A stretch of DNA of 64,000 bases from Eledone cirrhosa (GCA_964016885.1 OZ024741.1:370574001-370638000); one strand, 5' to 3'. Positions 40,929 through 53,653 are shown, counted from the first letter of the stretch. Program-made: numbers and translations. The notes: generated by a model from the letters alone, not told the origin.

Positions 40929-41939
40929 TTTCTGTTTAGCGAATGTGTTTGGTAAAGTTACGCAAAGATTTGCCTATATAAGCCTATAAAATTATGTATA
41001 AGGAACTTACTATAATGAGTCCTGTTCCAGTATGATAAAGTTTCAAGTAATGTTCTGGAATAACGCTTTGTAATAAACAAAACTGCAATGAAAAACATAA
41101 ATACTGTCATTAATTAATCAAGTCGAGACAAGTTATATATGAAGATTAACCAGTCTTTCATGTAGGAATAGTAATAACTTAGCTTGAGGGAATTAAGTTA
41201 ACAGACTCAATAAAGGATCGATGAGGCAATAAGTTCAATAGAACTTAATGCAAGAATGACTAGTAATGTGCTATTTTGAAATGGAATTCATCAATTAAGC
41301 ACGTAGTGATAAGACGCGATAATACCAAGTTAAGACATTACTTATTAGTCAGAGTTACTCAAATTATCGCCCTTACCTTAATGCATCACTGTGATATTCT
41401 TGTAATGGTGCTGCAATTATAATGGATGACTGTTGAAGACTACAAAAGCACTTCCTTAAACCCAAGGCTATAACAAGACTTGATCGTAGTATAAACAGTC
41501 AGTTTATATAGGAATAGCAACAACCTAGTTATAGAATAAATGATGTGGAAATGCAATGAAGAGAAGATGGAGTCAAGCAAACCGAATGTTAGTAAGAATG
41601 AGCTGAAGTATCGAGGTCAAGCCGAACACGGTGATGAACGGGTCAGTGAATTCAATTTATGAATAATGTTGCTCTTTTCCAGGGGCCTCGTTTGCCTTAA
41701 AAATGTGATGGGGACAAACCAACATTTGTTGGAGCATTTTAGTATTACTTATGGTGTCTTTCCTGAACCCTATCACAGAAGTAAAATTTTACGCTAATTA
41801 AATTTTATATATTCAAATGAAGTTCAGATATAAAAAAATAAGCTTAAAAAGTATTTATTATATCAAATAAACAAAAAATAAAACATAGACGTTTGAATAA
41901 AAAGCATATAAAGTAAATTTATTGTCTTTTAGAACTTTC

Positions 41940-43000
41940 CAAATGTATCATATCTCGCATCATTGCTGTCAATAAATAGTTTAGCAACTTCTTCACAACT
42001 AATCTTTTTCAAAACATCTCTATGAACGTCTCATATTAGAATATGATTCAACCTTTGCTGAGTCATTGTCGATCGCAACCAAGTTTTGAGTCTCTGCAGA
42101 GCGCTAAAAGATCTTTCACCTTCACAAGAACTGGTTGGAAACACTAAAAGCTCAACATTTAGAAACATGCGACGGAGTTCTGGTTGCATTTCACCGAATA
42201 TTTTACGATGATCCTCGAGATATGATCCACTATGATGATTTCTATAAAAAAGTATTTCATCAAGCTCTGGATAGTGCATGATCACTTCAGCACAAACATT
42301 TCCATTGAGTAAAATATTGCTCAGTTTTTCATAATCTGCTAAATCCTGTGAAAAAAAATAATCTTTCAAATTTGATATTGCAGTATCCACTACCTGCAAA
42401 TACTGCATTCTGTAATGATCCAAAACAGTGCAGTGTTGATATATTAACGCATTTCCTTCCTGGTATCTTTTAGGAACTTTTTCTTGCCAAAGGAGAAATA
42501 TCGAGTTGTTAAATCATTTTTTCTGCTGTATTGAACAGCTCCTGAAATTTGTTTTCACTGCGTAGATTTTTTAGCTCCTCCTGCACCAGTTTGACACTAT
42601 GCAACATGACACCTAGATTGACGGTGGTACTTTGAAAAGATTTGTTCAATCCTTCAAGGAATTGAAGTAATGGACCTACAACATGCAATCCAAGAACACA
42701 TTGGCCCGGAGAGTGACACGTAAGAATAACATTAGCTCTGGATGCAATGTTGGTGCCAAACTCATTTGTTGCCTCTTGTAAAGAAATAGGGACATCTGAA
42801 CAATTGTCAAGAAGGGCTTTGACTGCAGAAAGTCGTGTTAGCCATCGAGTGACGATACTCCATTTTCTTCATCATGTGATAAATACGAGTGCTTAAATTC
42901 CCTTGATGTAGTTTCAGCAATTCATTCACGTAATCGAGAACATTTTTGATAAATGAAGCTTGTTGAGAAATATGAATGCCGCAGTGCACGTAATGGGCCT
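41940..43000 (-). pseudogene. Second hAT transposase remnant (ZMYM1-like, C-terminal dimerisation domain)
   Basis: FPTSSCEGERSFSALQRLKTWLRSTMTQQRLN; upstream YVHCG fragment near 42990. Confidence 0.8.
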
Positions 43001-43423
43001 AATCAAGTTATGTTAGAATCTTTACAAAGATACTCGTACGAATTAAATACAAAAAAGTTTCAGTCCAAAACAAAAGCAAACTATTTCAAATTATATATTT
43101 TTGAAAAATAGACATGACTGTTCTCAAAGACTTGATCTCAGTCGAAAAAGCTTTTTTTTTAATTCTATATTTCACTGTTAGCTGTTGTAATATTTTGAGT
43201 GGATAAACAATTCTACAATTCAAACTGTAAAGTCAAAATACAAAAGATGCAAAATATGAAGAATTTCTTACCTTTCTCTGAAATCACAAACTCAGGGGGA
43301 AAATAATACCTTGCAAAATACCTCGTAGCAAAATAAAATACTTAGTAGCAACGAATAAATTGAGAAGCTTGGTGACAGTGAGAAAGCAATATTTGTATCC
43401 TTTATATATGTACATAGATAGAT

Positions 43424-43460
<37 letters not shown>

Positions 43461-43720
43461 CATACACACACACAATATACATACACACACACAAACGTGT
43501 GTGTGTGTGTGCGCGCGCGCGCGCCTTGATTTTAGTACAGAAAGAATTTTGTCTCCAGTTTTTTATTGCCAGGTCAAAGACCACTGCTCTTTTCAAAAAC
43601 GCCAAATAACAACGCCATATATATATATATATATATATAAATAAAGAGAGAAAGAGGGAGGGACAGAGAGAGTAAGAAATGTGTGTGTGTTTGATACACG
43701 TCTAACTATCTATCTATCTA

Positions 43721-46700
43721 CAACAAAACGAAAGCACACACAAGAACTACAGACAAAAACAAACACAACACAAGAAAATTACACTTACACTTACATAAAT
43801 ACTGAAAACAAAACACTAATGGAGACCATAACGAACAACCCTTCGGTTTTCACCGAAGACAAAACTTTCGCCCACTCTATTAAAAATAACAAAAAACTGA
43901 ACCTAAAACTGATTAGGGTCCCTATACAAACTTATAGGTCCCTAAAAGAAACATTTGAAAAAGATGTGGGGAATTCCTGCGTGAAACCACTTAACCACGT
44001 CCTTCTCAAATGTCTCCCCAACCCAGACACCCCCATCCCACCAGACCCCACCCCACCAAACATCTCCGTCCCCACCCCGCCGGAAACCACCAACCACCCA
44101 GACAACCCCTCCAACACCCCCATGGAAATCGTGTAGCCTGGTCCCCAGGAGACGAAGGGTGAGTGATTTCTTTTCCTCTTAACTTTTTAGCACCAACATG
44201 GCCAATATAAGAGTTGGATGTGTGAACGTACACGGCCTGGGGATGCCCTGGAAACAGGGCAAACTCTTAAACGACCTCAGGTCGCCCAGTATGGATGTGT
44301 TAGCCATTTGCGAGTCCTGGATCCAAAGCGAGCGACAGCTGGCCCCCATCTTCGATGACTTTGAGATCTACGCATCTCTCTGTCAACCGGGGGGTGGGGG
44401 CCGAGTTGCCGTTTTGCTGAGGAAACACCTGGGCCTCGTGACACAGACGGTACATCTGGACCCGGAGGGTCCTAGACGTTGACGGTATTGAAGGTGGAGC
44501 CTTCAGGCTGGTGGCCGCATATGCCCCATCCGGGACACCGCGGCCAGAATTCTTCAAACGTCTAGCGACTTTTCTGGGAACGTCCCGCTCCTTGCTTTTA
44601 GAGGGAGACTGGAATGGAATCCTAGATGCACGTTGGGACTATGTGGGAGCATGTCCCGATGAAGGGGGGGGGGGGGGGGTAACAGCCTCAAACAGTTAAT
44701 CGACCGATTTGACCTGGCCGATAGATATCGACTGGATTTTCCGACTATGCCACTGTGGACGTGGACTAATCTTAGCGGAACATCTAGATCGTACCTAGAT
44801 AGGGTTCTAGTTAGAAATAAGGATAGGGACATGTTAAGCTGTCCACAAATGTTCATGGTTGCCTATTCAGATCACAAACTAGTGACCTACATGGCCAACC
44901 TTGATAGAACCCATAGACAAAGACCCGGCTACTGGAAGCTGAACTTGTCGTTACCGACAAGCAAAGCCTACAGTAGACGGATTAGCACTTTAGTTAAACA
45001 GCACTTGACAGGGGCCATTGTCAACAACAGATGGTGGTACTCTCTCAAGAGGGCAGTTAGATTAGACTCGTTAGTTTTTAGTAAAGAATTAGCGTTAGAT
45101 AGAAATAGAACTGAGAAGGTACTGGTAGATAAAGTAGAAGAGGCAATTAGAAGTGGCAACGTAGCCAGCGTGCTAGCAACGAGAACGGCCTTGGACCAGT
45201 TCTTCGACGCAAAGCACGAGGGCTGCGTTGTCAGAAGCAAAATACGTGCTCTGGGAAACGAGGGAGCCAAAGCTGTTAGCTGGGCCCGAGTGACGGAGGC
45301 AAAAAGTGGCAACAAGTCCACGATTCGGTCTTTGAAGAACCAAAACGGAAGCGTGATACGTGAGCCGAAGCAGATGTGTGCGGCCTTTCAGCGGCACTTT
45401 GCTCAACTGTTCGGGTGGGGCGGCGCGCCGGGAGGGGCTATGGATTTCGGTCCATACCTCAACGGCCTACCGCGACTCTCGGACAGCTAGGCAAAGTTCT
45501 GCGAAAAGCCGATTTCAGCCGCTGAGCTAGGGGATGCGCTGAGCCAATGCGGCAAACGCAAATCTCCAGGTCTCGACGGTCTACCCTACGAATTTTACGT
45601 AGCAATGCCGGACCTATTCTCCGGTCTCGTGGAAGCGGTCTACTGCGACTGGAAACAGAACGGGAGAATTCCCAGTTCTGTAACCGGGGGAGCAGTCACA
45701 CTAGTCAGGAAGGACGAGAATAAAGGGGATGACATAGGCAACTTCCGGCCTATAACTCTGCTAAACACAGAGTTACAGATTTTGGCCAAGGTGTTGGCAA
45801 AGAGGCTGGCGCTTGTTGTCGAGAACCTGGTGGGAGAAGCGCAGACATGCGCAATCCCGACCAGATCCATACACGACAACCTCCACCTCATGCGATACAT
45901 CATAGAGACGGTAGGGTGTAAACCCGGCTTCGGTGGGGCCCTGAGCAACTTAGATCAGTCTAAGGCTTTTGATAGGGTTGACCATCGTTACCTGGATGCA
46001 GTGCTCGAGGCGGCAGGCTTCGGACCCGTGTTCAGGGGCTGGATTGCTGCAGTGCACAACAGCAACATCTGCTCAAGGGTCAAGGTGAACGGCTACCTCT
46101 CGAATCCGTTCCATATTACGCGATCCATTCGAGAGGGATGCCCTCTCTCCTCCCTTCTGTACGTACTGACTCTCGAGCCAATACTGCGGAAGTTGGAGCT
46201 ATTGCAGGGCATCCCTCTGGAACCGGGACTGCGGAAAGCGGCGTCGGCCTACGCCGACGACGTGACAGTAATGGTGTCGAGCGCCTCGCAAATCGAGGAA
46301 GTCGGCACCTTACTGAAGGAATACGAAAGTTTCACAGGAGCGAAACTGAACCGGGACAAGTCCATCGGTTTGCAACTCTGATCGTGGAGAGGCAAACCGA
46401 TGCCTTCCGATGGCGTCGTCGGACGCTGGACGGAAGGACCGGTAAAGCTGCTCGGGGTCTGGTTTGGTCCGGACCTCCAGGTGGAAAAGAACTGGAACGA
46501 AGTGACGGCCAAGGTGTTTGCACTCACGCAGAAGTGGGTCGAGTGCAAACTATCCTTGAAAGGTCGAGCGGAGGTGGCGAACACTTTTATAGCGTCCGCC
46601 ATCTACTACCGCTTGACCGTCGTGCCTTGTCCAGCCAAAACGCTCACCAAAATGGAGCACGCGCTCTTCCAATTCCTTTGGAAGAGGCGGGCTCCTTTGG

Positions 46701-47869
46701 TGAGAAGATCCATCTGCTGCCAACACCCTTCTAACGGAGGGCTGTTGATGCCGTGGTTGACGATGCGCAAACACGCGCTCAGGCTGCGGCATCTCCACGT
46801 ATTCCTCACCGGACAACCGGTGTGGGCCCCGTTCGTGAGGCGAGCCTTCCCACGACTCGTCTCGCTGACCGAGCTGCAGTCCTGGGTCAAGCAAAGACCG
46901 AGGAAAATAGGCGACTGGCACATCGAATGTGCTCAGGCGCTCACAGCCCTCTGGCAGGCGGACCCGGCGATCAATGAAGACTCCACTTCGTCATTCTATA
47001 GAGGGTTGATCCGCAGCAAGTGCGACAACACGCTCGGTGAAACTCTAGGCGTAGAGGAAGATGAACTGGCCAGTCTGTTCGGTAGAACCTTCCGCCCGGG
47101 ACCAATGGACAACTTCCAAAAGTCCCTGGCCTGGCAGTGCTACCGAGGAGCTCTACCAGTTCGAGACAAGCTCTACAGACATGGGCGCCCGGGCAGGGAC
47201 CCTGTAAAAAAGATCTGTCCGAGGTGCGTGCGATTTGAAGAAACCGTCGCGCACGCATTCATACACTGCCCGGGCGTTACTGACCTGTGGGGCTATGTAG
47301 AACGACTATTGTCGCGGGTGGGACCAATCGGGTTGACCACCAAGTCCATTGTCATGATCAAACCGCCACCCTCCTTCAAAAACGAAGGAGAGGCGGTTTT
47401 CCTTTGTGTGATAGCTATGGCGAAAGTGGTTGTATGGTGGACAATGTTGAAAGGGCTGAGGTCAGATACCTTTCTCTCCGGCCAACAACTGATTCTTTTT
47501 TTCACATACCACTTTAGAAGAAGAATCAGGATGGAGAGAGAGGTGCTGTACCCCAGCAAGTTTTATGAAAGGTGGCTGAAAGTGGCGAGAATGGCCCGAG
47601 TGAATGGGCCTTCTCTCTATATCAGCCTGTAGGTTGAGGAAAAGGAGGAGGAGAGGAAAGGAGTACAAACTCTTCGTACTCCTGGAGATGAGGGTTGCAC
47701 ATTTTTTCAGGGGTATGTGTTACCCATATAAACTGTCTCCCCTATTGGGGAAAATCGACTAATTTTTAAATTGCATTTGTGATAACATTTTACACGTTTT
47801 TATTGTATGTAAACTTCCCCCTTTGTATTTGTCTCCTTCTTTTGTACCCCTGTGGCTAATAAAGAAACA
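43721..47869 (+). mobile_element. 5'-truncated Tx1 copy, subfamily B (ORF1 C-terminus, decayed ORF2, 3'UTR)
   Basis: Starts right after TATCTATCTATCTA (43707-43720); ORF1 tail homologous to subfamily A (YTYIN.ENK.L, KPLN.VLLK); ends at (TATC)n 47870. Confidence 0.93.
44198..47632 (+). pseudogene. Tx1 subfamily B ORF2 (APE-RT), disrupted
   Basis: ATG 44198 MANIRVGCVNVHGL; frameshifts near 44470 and 44670; stops at 45488 and 46379; YADD present. Confidence 0.9.
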
Positions 47870-47903
<34 letters not shown>

Positions 47904-48104
47904 GATAGAGTAAGACACGCTTCGCATCGGCTCCGCTATTCCATCGGGATTTACCCTTACTATTGTAAGTACCGGATAAATTTTTTAGTGCAACACATTT
48001 GGAACACTAACCCCTGTTATTTAGGGAAACATTTTTGCATTTACCCCCTTTTTAGGGGGTAAAATAAATATCTATTTTTGCCGAAAAATTTCTTTCTTGG
48101 CAGC

Positions 48105-49940
48105 ATGGCGGAAAAGATGGCAGACATGTCTGCCATTAGCTCTGCCACGCCCCCCAAGTCTGAAGAACAAAAAATAATTACAACAAAATTAGACATTGAA
48201 ACAAACAAACAAAATGAAAAAACAAATGTTAAGGAAAATGAGCAAACAGAAAACAAACAAACAGAAAATAATACAAATAACGACAGGGCAACTTTCGCCC
48301 AGAAAACAAAGCAATCCATTACATACACACCAATTGACCTAACTGCCGCCAGAGAAAAACTGGCCGAAGCAAAGAAACATATTGTTTTGGGGGACAACGG
48401 AATGTTTTCCATTAACTCCCCCCCAGAATTCAAGAAAGCCAGAGCAGAAAACACAGTTATATACAGAACTATACTAAACCAGTCAAGAAAGCCAGCACAG
48501 CCCAGCCAAATGGAAATAGAGTTAGTCCTAAAAGACTATATGAAGAATATTCTCTTCATACGAAAGGACCGACTCTATGGCAGCATTTCGGTCCTAACAA
48601 GAGACAAAGAAACGGCGGTTCAGCTTTCCCTAAGCCCACTCTCGTCGACAACATATAGCTTCTATCCATCCTACATGGGTAGAAGAACACAGAGAATAAA
48701 AGTAAAAACAATGCTGCCCACAATGGACTTCTGGTGGGCTATTGCTGGCTTCATTGATATGGGCGAAGACACTATGCTGTCAATGGGGAAGGCAACTGGA
48801 GATGCGTTCCTGGGAATGGGCCTCGACATACTAGTCCAAATGAGGCCCGAAAGAATAGCACAAATCCCGGATCGCATCTGGCTGGATGACCTTACCCCAA
48901 TAGACATAATTGTAGAGGGGAGAAGACCAGCATGCTATTTATGTATGGAAAGGGGACACGTTAAGGCTAACTGCCCGAAACGTATCCCCCAAAAAGGACT
49001 ATTGCCCACACCCACCACAAACAGTACACCAGCACCACCCACCTCCAAAAATACACTAATACCACACACAGCAAACAAAATACAGACACCACCAACCACA
49101 AACACAACACAAACATCACCACCACCAGCACCAAACACAAGCACGACACAAAAATCACCACCACCAACCACAACACAAACATCACCACCACCATTACCAA
49201 CCACAAGCACGACACAAACATTACCACCACCACCACCACAAAACCCATTCCAAACAAATAATAAAAAAAACAGTAACAAATCTACCCCTCCCGCAAAAAA
49301 AAAACAACCACACAACACGTCCCTCCCACCTAGCGCTGAAGAGTTTCCCCCAACTTCTGAAGAAGAAGGAGGAGAAGCCTTCAGACAAGTTAAAAGAAAA
49401 AAAAGAAAACACACACCCAGCACACCACAAATAACCCACACACAAACACCAACTCCAATCAAAAACACCCCACCCTCAACAAACAAAAATAAATCTGCGC
49501 CTCCCCTCTCCGAAACATTGACAGCATCACAAAAAAAGACGTTGCAATACACATATATAAATAAAGAAAACAAAAAACTGGTTAAATTAATAAACAATAA
49601 CCCTATGGTGCAGACCGAAGGGCCAAACTTTATCTCAACAGAGAACTTCACCCATTTAAAAATGATAAAGGTCCCTCTGGACCTTTATCGTTCCTTAAAA
49701 GAACAATTTAGACGGGACGTGAGCCCCCCCTGTTTAAAACCGTTGAATCGCGTCCTCTTGAAAGATTTCCCCATAACCGCCCCTCTCCCTGACACAACTC
49801 CAAATACCCCAACCCCACCACACACGTGTACCCCCACACCACCACAAAACATCCCTCCACCCAACACACCTGATGCCATGGAAATTACGCAACCCGGAGA
49901 GGTAAGTGCTTTTCTTTCTTCACTTTCAACACCAAAATAG
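48105..49940 (+). CDS. Tx1 ORF1 (gag-like nucleic-acid-binding protein)
   Basis: Open frame from ATG 48105; zinc knuckle CYLCMERGHVKANC (CX2CX4HX4C) followed by a Pro/Thr-rich region and a basic KRKKRK patch. Confidence 0.9.
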   Translation: MAEKMADMSAISSATPPKSEEQKIITTKLDIETNKQNEKTNVKENEQTENKQTENNTNNDRATFAQKTKQSITYTPIDLTAAREKLAEAKKHIVLGDNGMFSINSPPEFKKARAENTVIYRTILNQSRKPAQPSQMEIELVLKDYMKNILFIRKDRLYGSISVLTRDKETAVQLSLSPLSSTTYSFYPSYMGRRTQRIKVKTMLPTMDFWWAIAGFIDMGEDTMLSMGKATGDAFLGMGLDILVQMRPERIAQIPDRIWLDDLTPIDIIVEGRRPACYLCMERGHVKANCPKRIPQKGLLPTPTTNSTPAPPTSKNTLIPHTANKIQTPPTTNTTQTSPPPAPNTSTTQKSPPPTTTQTSPPPLPTTSTTQTLPPPPPQNPFQTNNKKNSNKSTPPAKKKQPHNTSLPPSAEEFPPTSEEEGGEAFRQVKRKKRKHTPSTPQITHTQTPTPIKNTPPSTNKNKSAPPLSETLTASQKKTLQYTYINKENKKLVKLINNNPMVQTEGPNFISTENFTHLKMIKVPLDLYRSLKEQFRRDVSPPCLKPLNRVLLKDFPITAPLPDTTPNTPTPPHTCTPTPPQNIPPPNTPDAMEITQPGEVSAFLSSLSTPK

Positions 49941-49945
49941 ATCAA

Positions 49946-52900
49946 TTGAGAGTTGGCTGTTTGAACGCGCGTGGCCTGAGCTCAGCTTGGAAGCAAGCAA
50001 AGCTTCTAAGTGACCTCAGGTCACAAAGTATAGATGTGATGGTTGTTTGCGAGAGTCGGATCAGCAGCGTGAGACAGCTGGCGCCCGCCTTCGATGACTT
50101 TGAGATGCACGCATCTCTCTGTCAACCCGGAGGCGGGGGGGGGGGGGGGAGTTGCCGTACTGCTGGATAAACGTCTGACTCTCGACGTACAGATTGTTCA
50201 CTCGGACCCGGGGGGTCGATTACTGGTGCTGGACGTCGGAGGTGGTGAAGGCGGGGCTTTCAGACTGGTCGGTCTTTATGCTCCCTTCGGGGCGGAGAGA
50301 GCCGACTTCTTCCAACGTCTGGAGACTTTTCTAGGAACGTCGCGTTCCCTGCTTTTAGTGGGGGACTGGAATGGAATCCTAGATGCGCGTTGGGACTATG
50401 CAGGGGCATGTCCCGATAGAGGGGGGTGTAGCAGCCTCAAGGGGTTACTCGATCGATTCGACCTGGTCGATAGATTTCGACTAGATTGTCCAACTGCGCC
50501 AACCTGGACCTGGGCAAACCGCAGTGGACAATCTAGATCGTACCTAGATAGGTTTTTGGTTAGGAGTAAGGATAGGGACGTATTTAGTTGTCCAGAACTG
50601 ATCATGGTTGGCTATTCAGATCACAAATTAGTGACCTGCGTGGTCAACCTTGATAGAACGCATAGACAGGGTCCCGGTTACTGGAAGATGAACTTGTCCT
50701 TACCGACAAAGAAAGATTACAGAAACCGGATTAGTAGCTTAGTTAAGATGCGGTTGACGGGAGCGATCGTCAACAGTAGGTGGTGGATATCTCTAAAGAG
50801 AGAGATTAGAGTAAGTTCGATAGGTTACAGTAAGGAACTAGCGGCGAATAGAAATAGGAGGGAAAGGGAGTTAACAGATAAACTAGAAGAGGCGATTAGG
50901 AGCGGAGACGTAGCCAGAGTGTTAGCGACGAGAACGGCATTGAGCCAGTTCTTTGACGCGAAGCACGAAGGCTGCGTTGTCCGAAGTAAAATACGTGCTC
51001 TAGGAAACGAGGGGACCAAAGCTGTTAGCTGGGCCCGCGTGACAGAAGCCAAGAGTGGGATTAAATCCACCATTCGGTCTTTGCGAGACCAGGATGGACG
51101 GGTGATCCTTGAACCTGAGCGAATGTGCGAGACCTTTCAAAGGCACTTTGCTCGACTGTTCGGAGGTGGCGGGGGGCCGGACGGGGATGTGGACTTCGGT
51201 CCATACCTCGACGGTCTACCGCGTCTTTCGAGCGGCGAAGCGGAGTGCTGCGAAGGGCCAATCACAGCCACTGAAATCGGGGAAGCGCTCAGCCAATGCA
51301 GCAGACGCAAATCCCCGGGTCTCGATGGTCTACCATACGAACTTTATTTAGCTATGCCGGTCTTGTTCTCCGAACTCCTCGAGGCTGTCTATTGCAACTG
51401 GCAACAGAACGGGAGAATTCCCTGTTCTGTGACCAAGGGCGTGGTCACGCTAGTGAGGAAGGACGAGAGCAAGGGGGACGACTTAAGTAACTTTAGGCCC
51501 ATAACTCTGCTGAATGCAGAGTTACAGATTTTGGCCAAGGTGTTGGCGAAGAGGTTGGCGCTTGTGGTGGGTGGTTTGGTGGGAGACGCGCAGACATGCG
51601 CTATCCCGTCCAGGTCCATTCACGACAACCTCCACCTCATGCGATACATCATAGAGAGGGTTGGCTACGAACCCGGCTTTGGTGGGGCCCTGATCAACTT
51701 GGATCAATCTAAGGCGTTCGATAGGGTCGACCATGGTTACCTGAATGCGGTGCTAGCGGCGGCGGGCTTCGGACCCGTTTTCAGGGGCTGGATTTCTGCC
51801 ATGCACAGTGGCAACATCTACTCTAGGATTAAAGTAAACGGCTACCTCTCGGAGCCGTTTCAAATCACCCGATCCATCAGACAGGGGTGCCCCCTCTCCT
51901 CCCTTCTGTACGTATTGACTCTCGAGCCACTGCTGCGGAAGTTGGAGTTGCTGCGGGGCATACCCCTGGAACCGGGATTGCACAAAGCGGTCTCGGCCTA
52001 TGCCGACGACGTAACAGTAATGGTGGCGGACGCCTCGGAAATCGGGGCGATCGCCACCCTACTGGAGGAATACGAAAGGCTGACGGGGGCTAAGCTGAAC
52101 CAGGACAAGTCAGTCGGTTTGCAACTCGGAACGTGGAGGGGCAAACCGATGCCGTTAGACGGTGTCGTCGGGCGGTGGACGGAGGGCCCGGTGAAGCTGC
52201 TCGGGGTCTGGTTCGGACCGGACCTCCAGGTGGAGAAGAATTGGGGCGAGGTGACGAGCAGGGTGTTTGCGCTGACCCAGAAGTGGGCCAAGTGCAAACT
52301 ATCACTGAAAGGTCGGGCGGAGGTGACGAACGCTTACATAGCGTCCGTCATCTACTACCGCCTGACCGTCGTGCCTTGCCCCAAGGAAAAGCTCACCATC
52401 ATGGAACGCATGCTCTTCCAGTTCCTCTGGAAGAAGCGGCCTCCCATGGTGAGGAGATCCATCTGCTGCCAGCACCCTTCGAAAGGAGGGCTGGGTATGC
52501 CGTGGCTGTTGATGCGTAGGCACGCATTGAGGCTACGGCATCTACAGGTATTCCTCAACGGTCAGCCGGTGTGGGCCCCGTTTGTGAGGCGAGCCTTCCC
52601 ACAGCTCGTCTCGCTCACCGAACTGCAATCCTGGGTGAAGCAAAGACCGAGAAAACTGGGCAACTGGCACACTGAGTGTGCCCAGGCGCTCACGGCTATC
52701 TGGCAAGCGGACCCGACTGTCAGTGGAGAATCCACCTCGACATTCTATAGAGGGTTGGTGGCTAGCAGGGGCGACGACACCCTTGGAGAGTCGCTAGGCA
52801 TGGAGGAGGACGAACTGGCCAGCCTGTTCGGTAGAACTTTCGGCCCGGGACCCATGGACAACTTCCAGAGGTCCCTAGCCTGGCAGTGTTACCGGGGGGC

Positions 52901-53381
52901 TCTGCCCGTTCGAGAAAAGCTCTACAGACACGGGCGCCCGGGCAGGGATCCCGCGAAAAAGATCTGTCCCAGATGCGTGCGCGACGAGGAAACCGTTGCG
53001 CATGCACTGGTACACTGCCCGGGCGTTGCCGATCTGTGGGGCTACGTCGAACGACTGCTGTCGCGTGTGGCGCCGATTCGATTAACCGCCGAGTCTGTGG
53101 TGAACATCAAGCCGCCTCCTCCCTTCAGAAATGAAGCAGAGGCGGTCTTTCTGTGCGTAATAGCCATGATGAAAGAGGTTGTGTGGTGGACGCGCCTGAA
53201 AGGTCTGAGGTCGGGTGACTTTCTCTCCGGCCATCACCTGGTTTACTTCTTCCGATACCACTTCGGAAGAAGAATCAGGATGGAGAGAGAAGTGCTTGGT
53301 CCCAGACAGTTTTATGAAAGGTGGGTGAAAGAAGCGAGAATGGCCCGTGTAAATGGGCCTTCTCTCTACATTGTTCTGTAG
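49946..53381 (+). CDS. Tx1 ORF2: APE endonuclease, reverse transcriptase and C-terminal Cys/His motif; one frameshift in the G15 run at 50135-50149
   Basis: LNARGL, GDWN, YLDRF, SDH (APE); KSPGLDG, FRPITLLN, DQSKAFDRV, RQGCPLS, YADD (RT); CPRC..ETVAHAL.HC; 1095-aa open frame downstream of the G run. Confidence 0.93.
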
Positions 53382-53653
53382 GTGAAGAAGTGAAGAGGAA
53401 AGGGGGAGCGCCTCCTCTCTGGGCTTCCCCCGCGAAAAGAGTTGCACACTTTTCGGGGGTATGTGCAATCCCCAACACGCCCCCTCCCTTTTGAGGACTT
53501 TTTATTGTTATATTATTATTGTTATTCCTTTTTTCTTTACTCGATTTATGTAAACTCCCCCACTGTGTAAATGTCCCCTTCTTTTGTGCCCTCGTGGCAA
53601 ATAAATAGAAATTTATCTATCTATCTATCTATCTATTATCTATCTAACTCCAA

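Larger units (their letters stand above)
47902..53613 (+). mobile_element. Full-length Tx1-clade non-LTR retrotransposon, subfamily A (5.7 kb), inserted in (TATC)n
   Basis: 5'UTR, CCHC ORF1, APE-RT-zinc-finger ORF2 and a 3'UTR ending GGCAAATAAATAGAAATT; bounded by (TATC)n at 47870-47901 and 53614-53646; ends match the copy at 17009-22718. Confidence 0.95.

Noticed and set aside
49902-49940. Mini-intron fusing ORF1 to ORF2
   Set aside because: Only 39 nt, and splicing gives Ile-Asn-stop; the subfamily B equivalent is also out of frame
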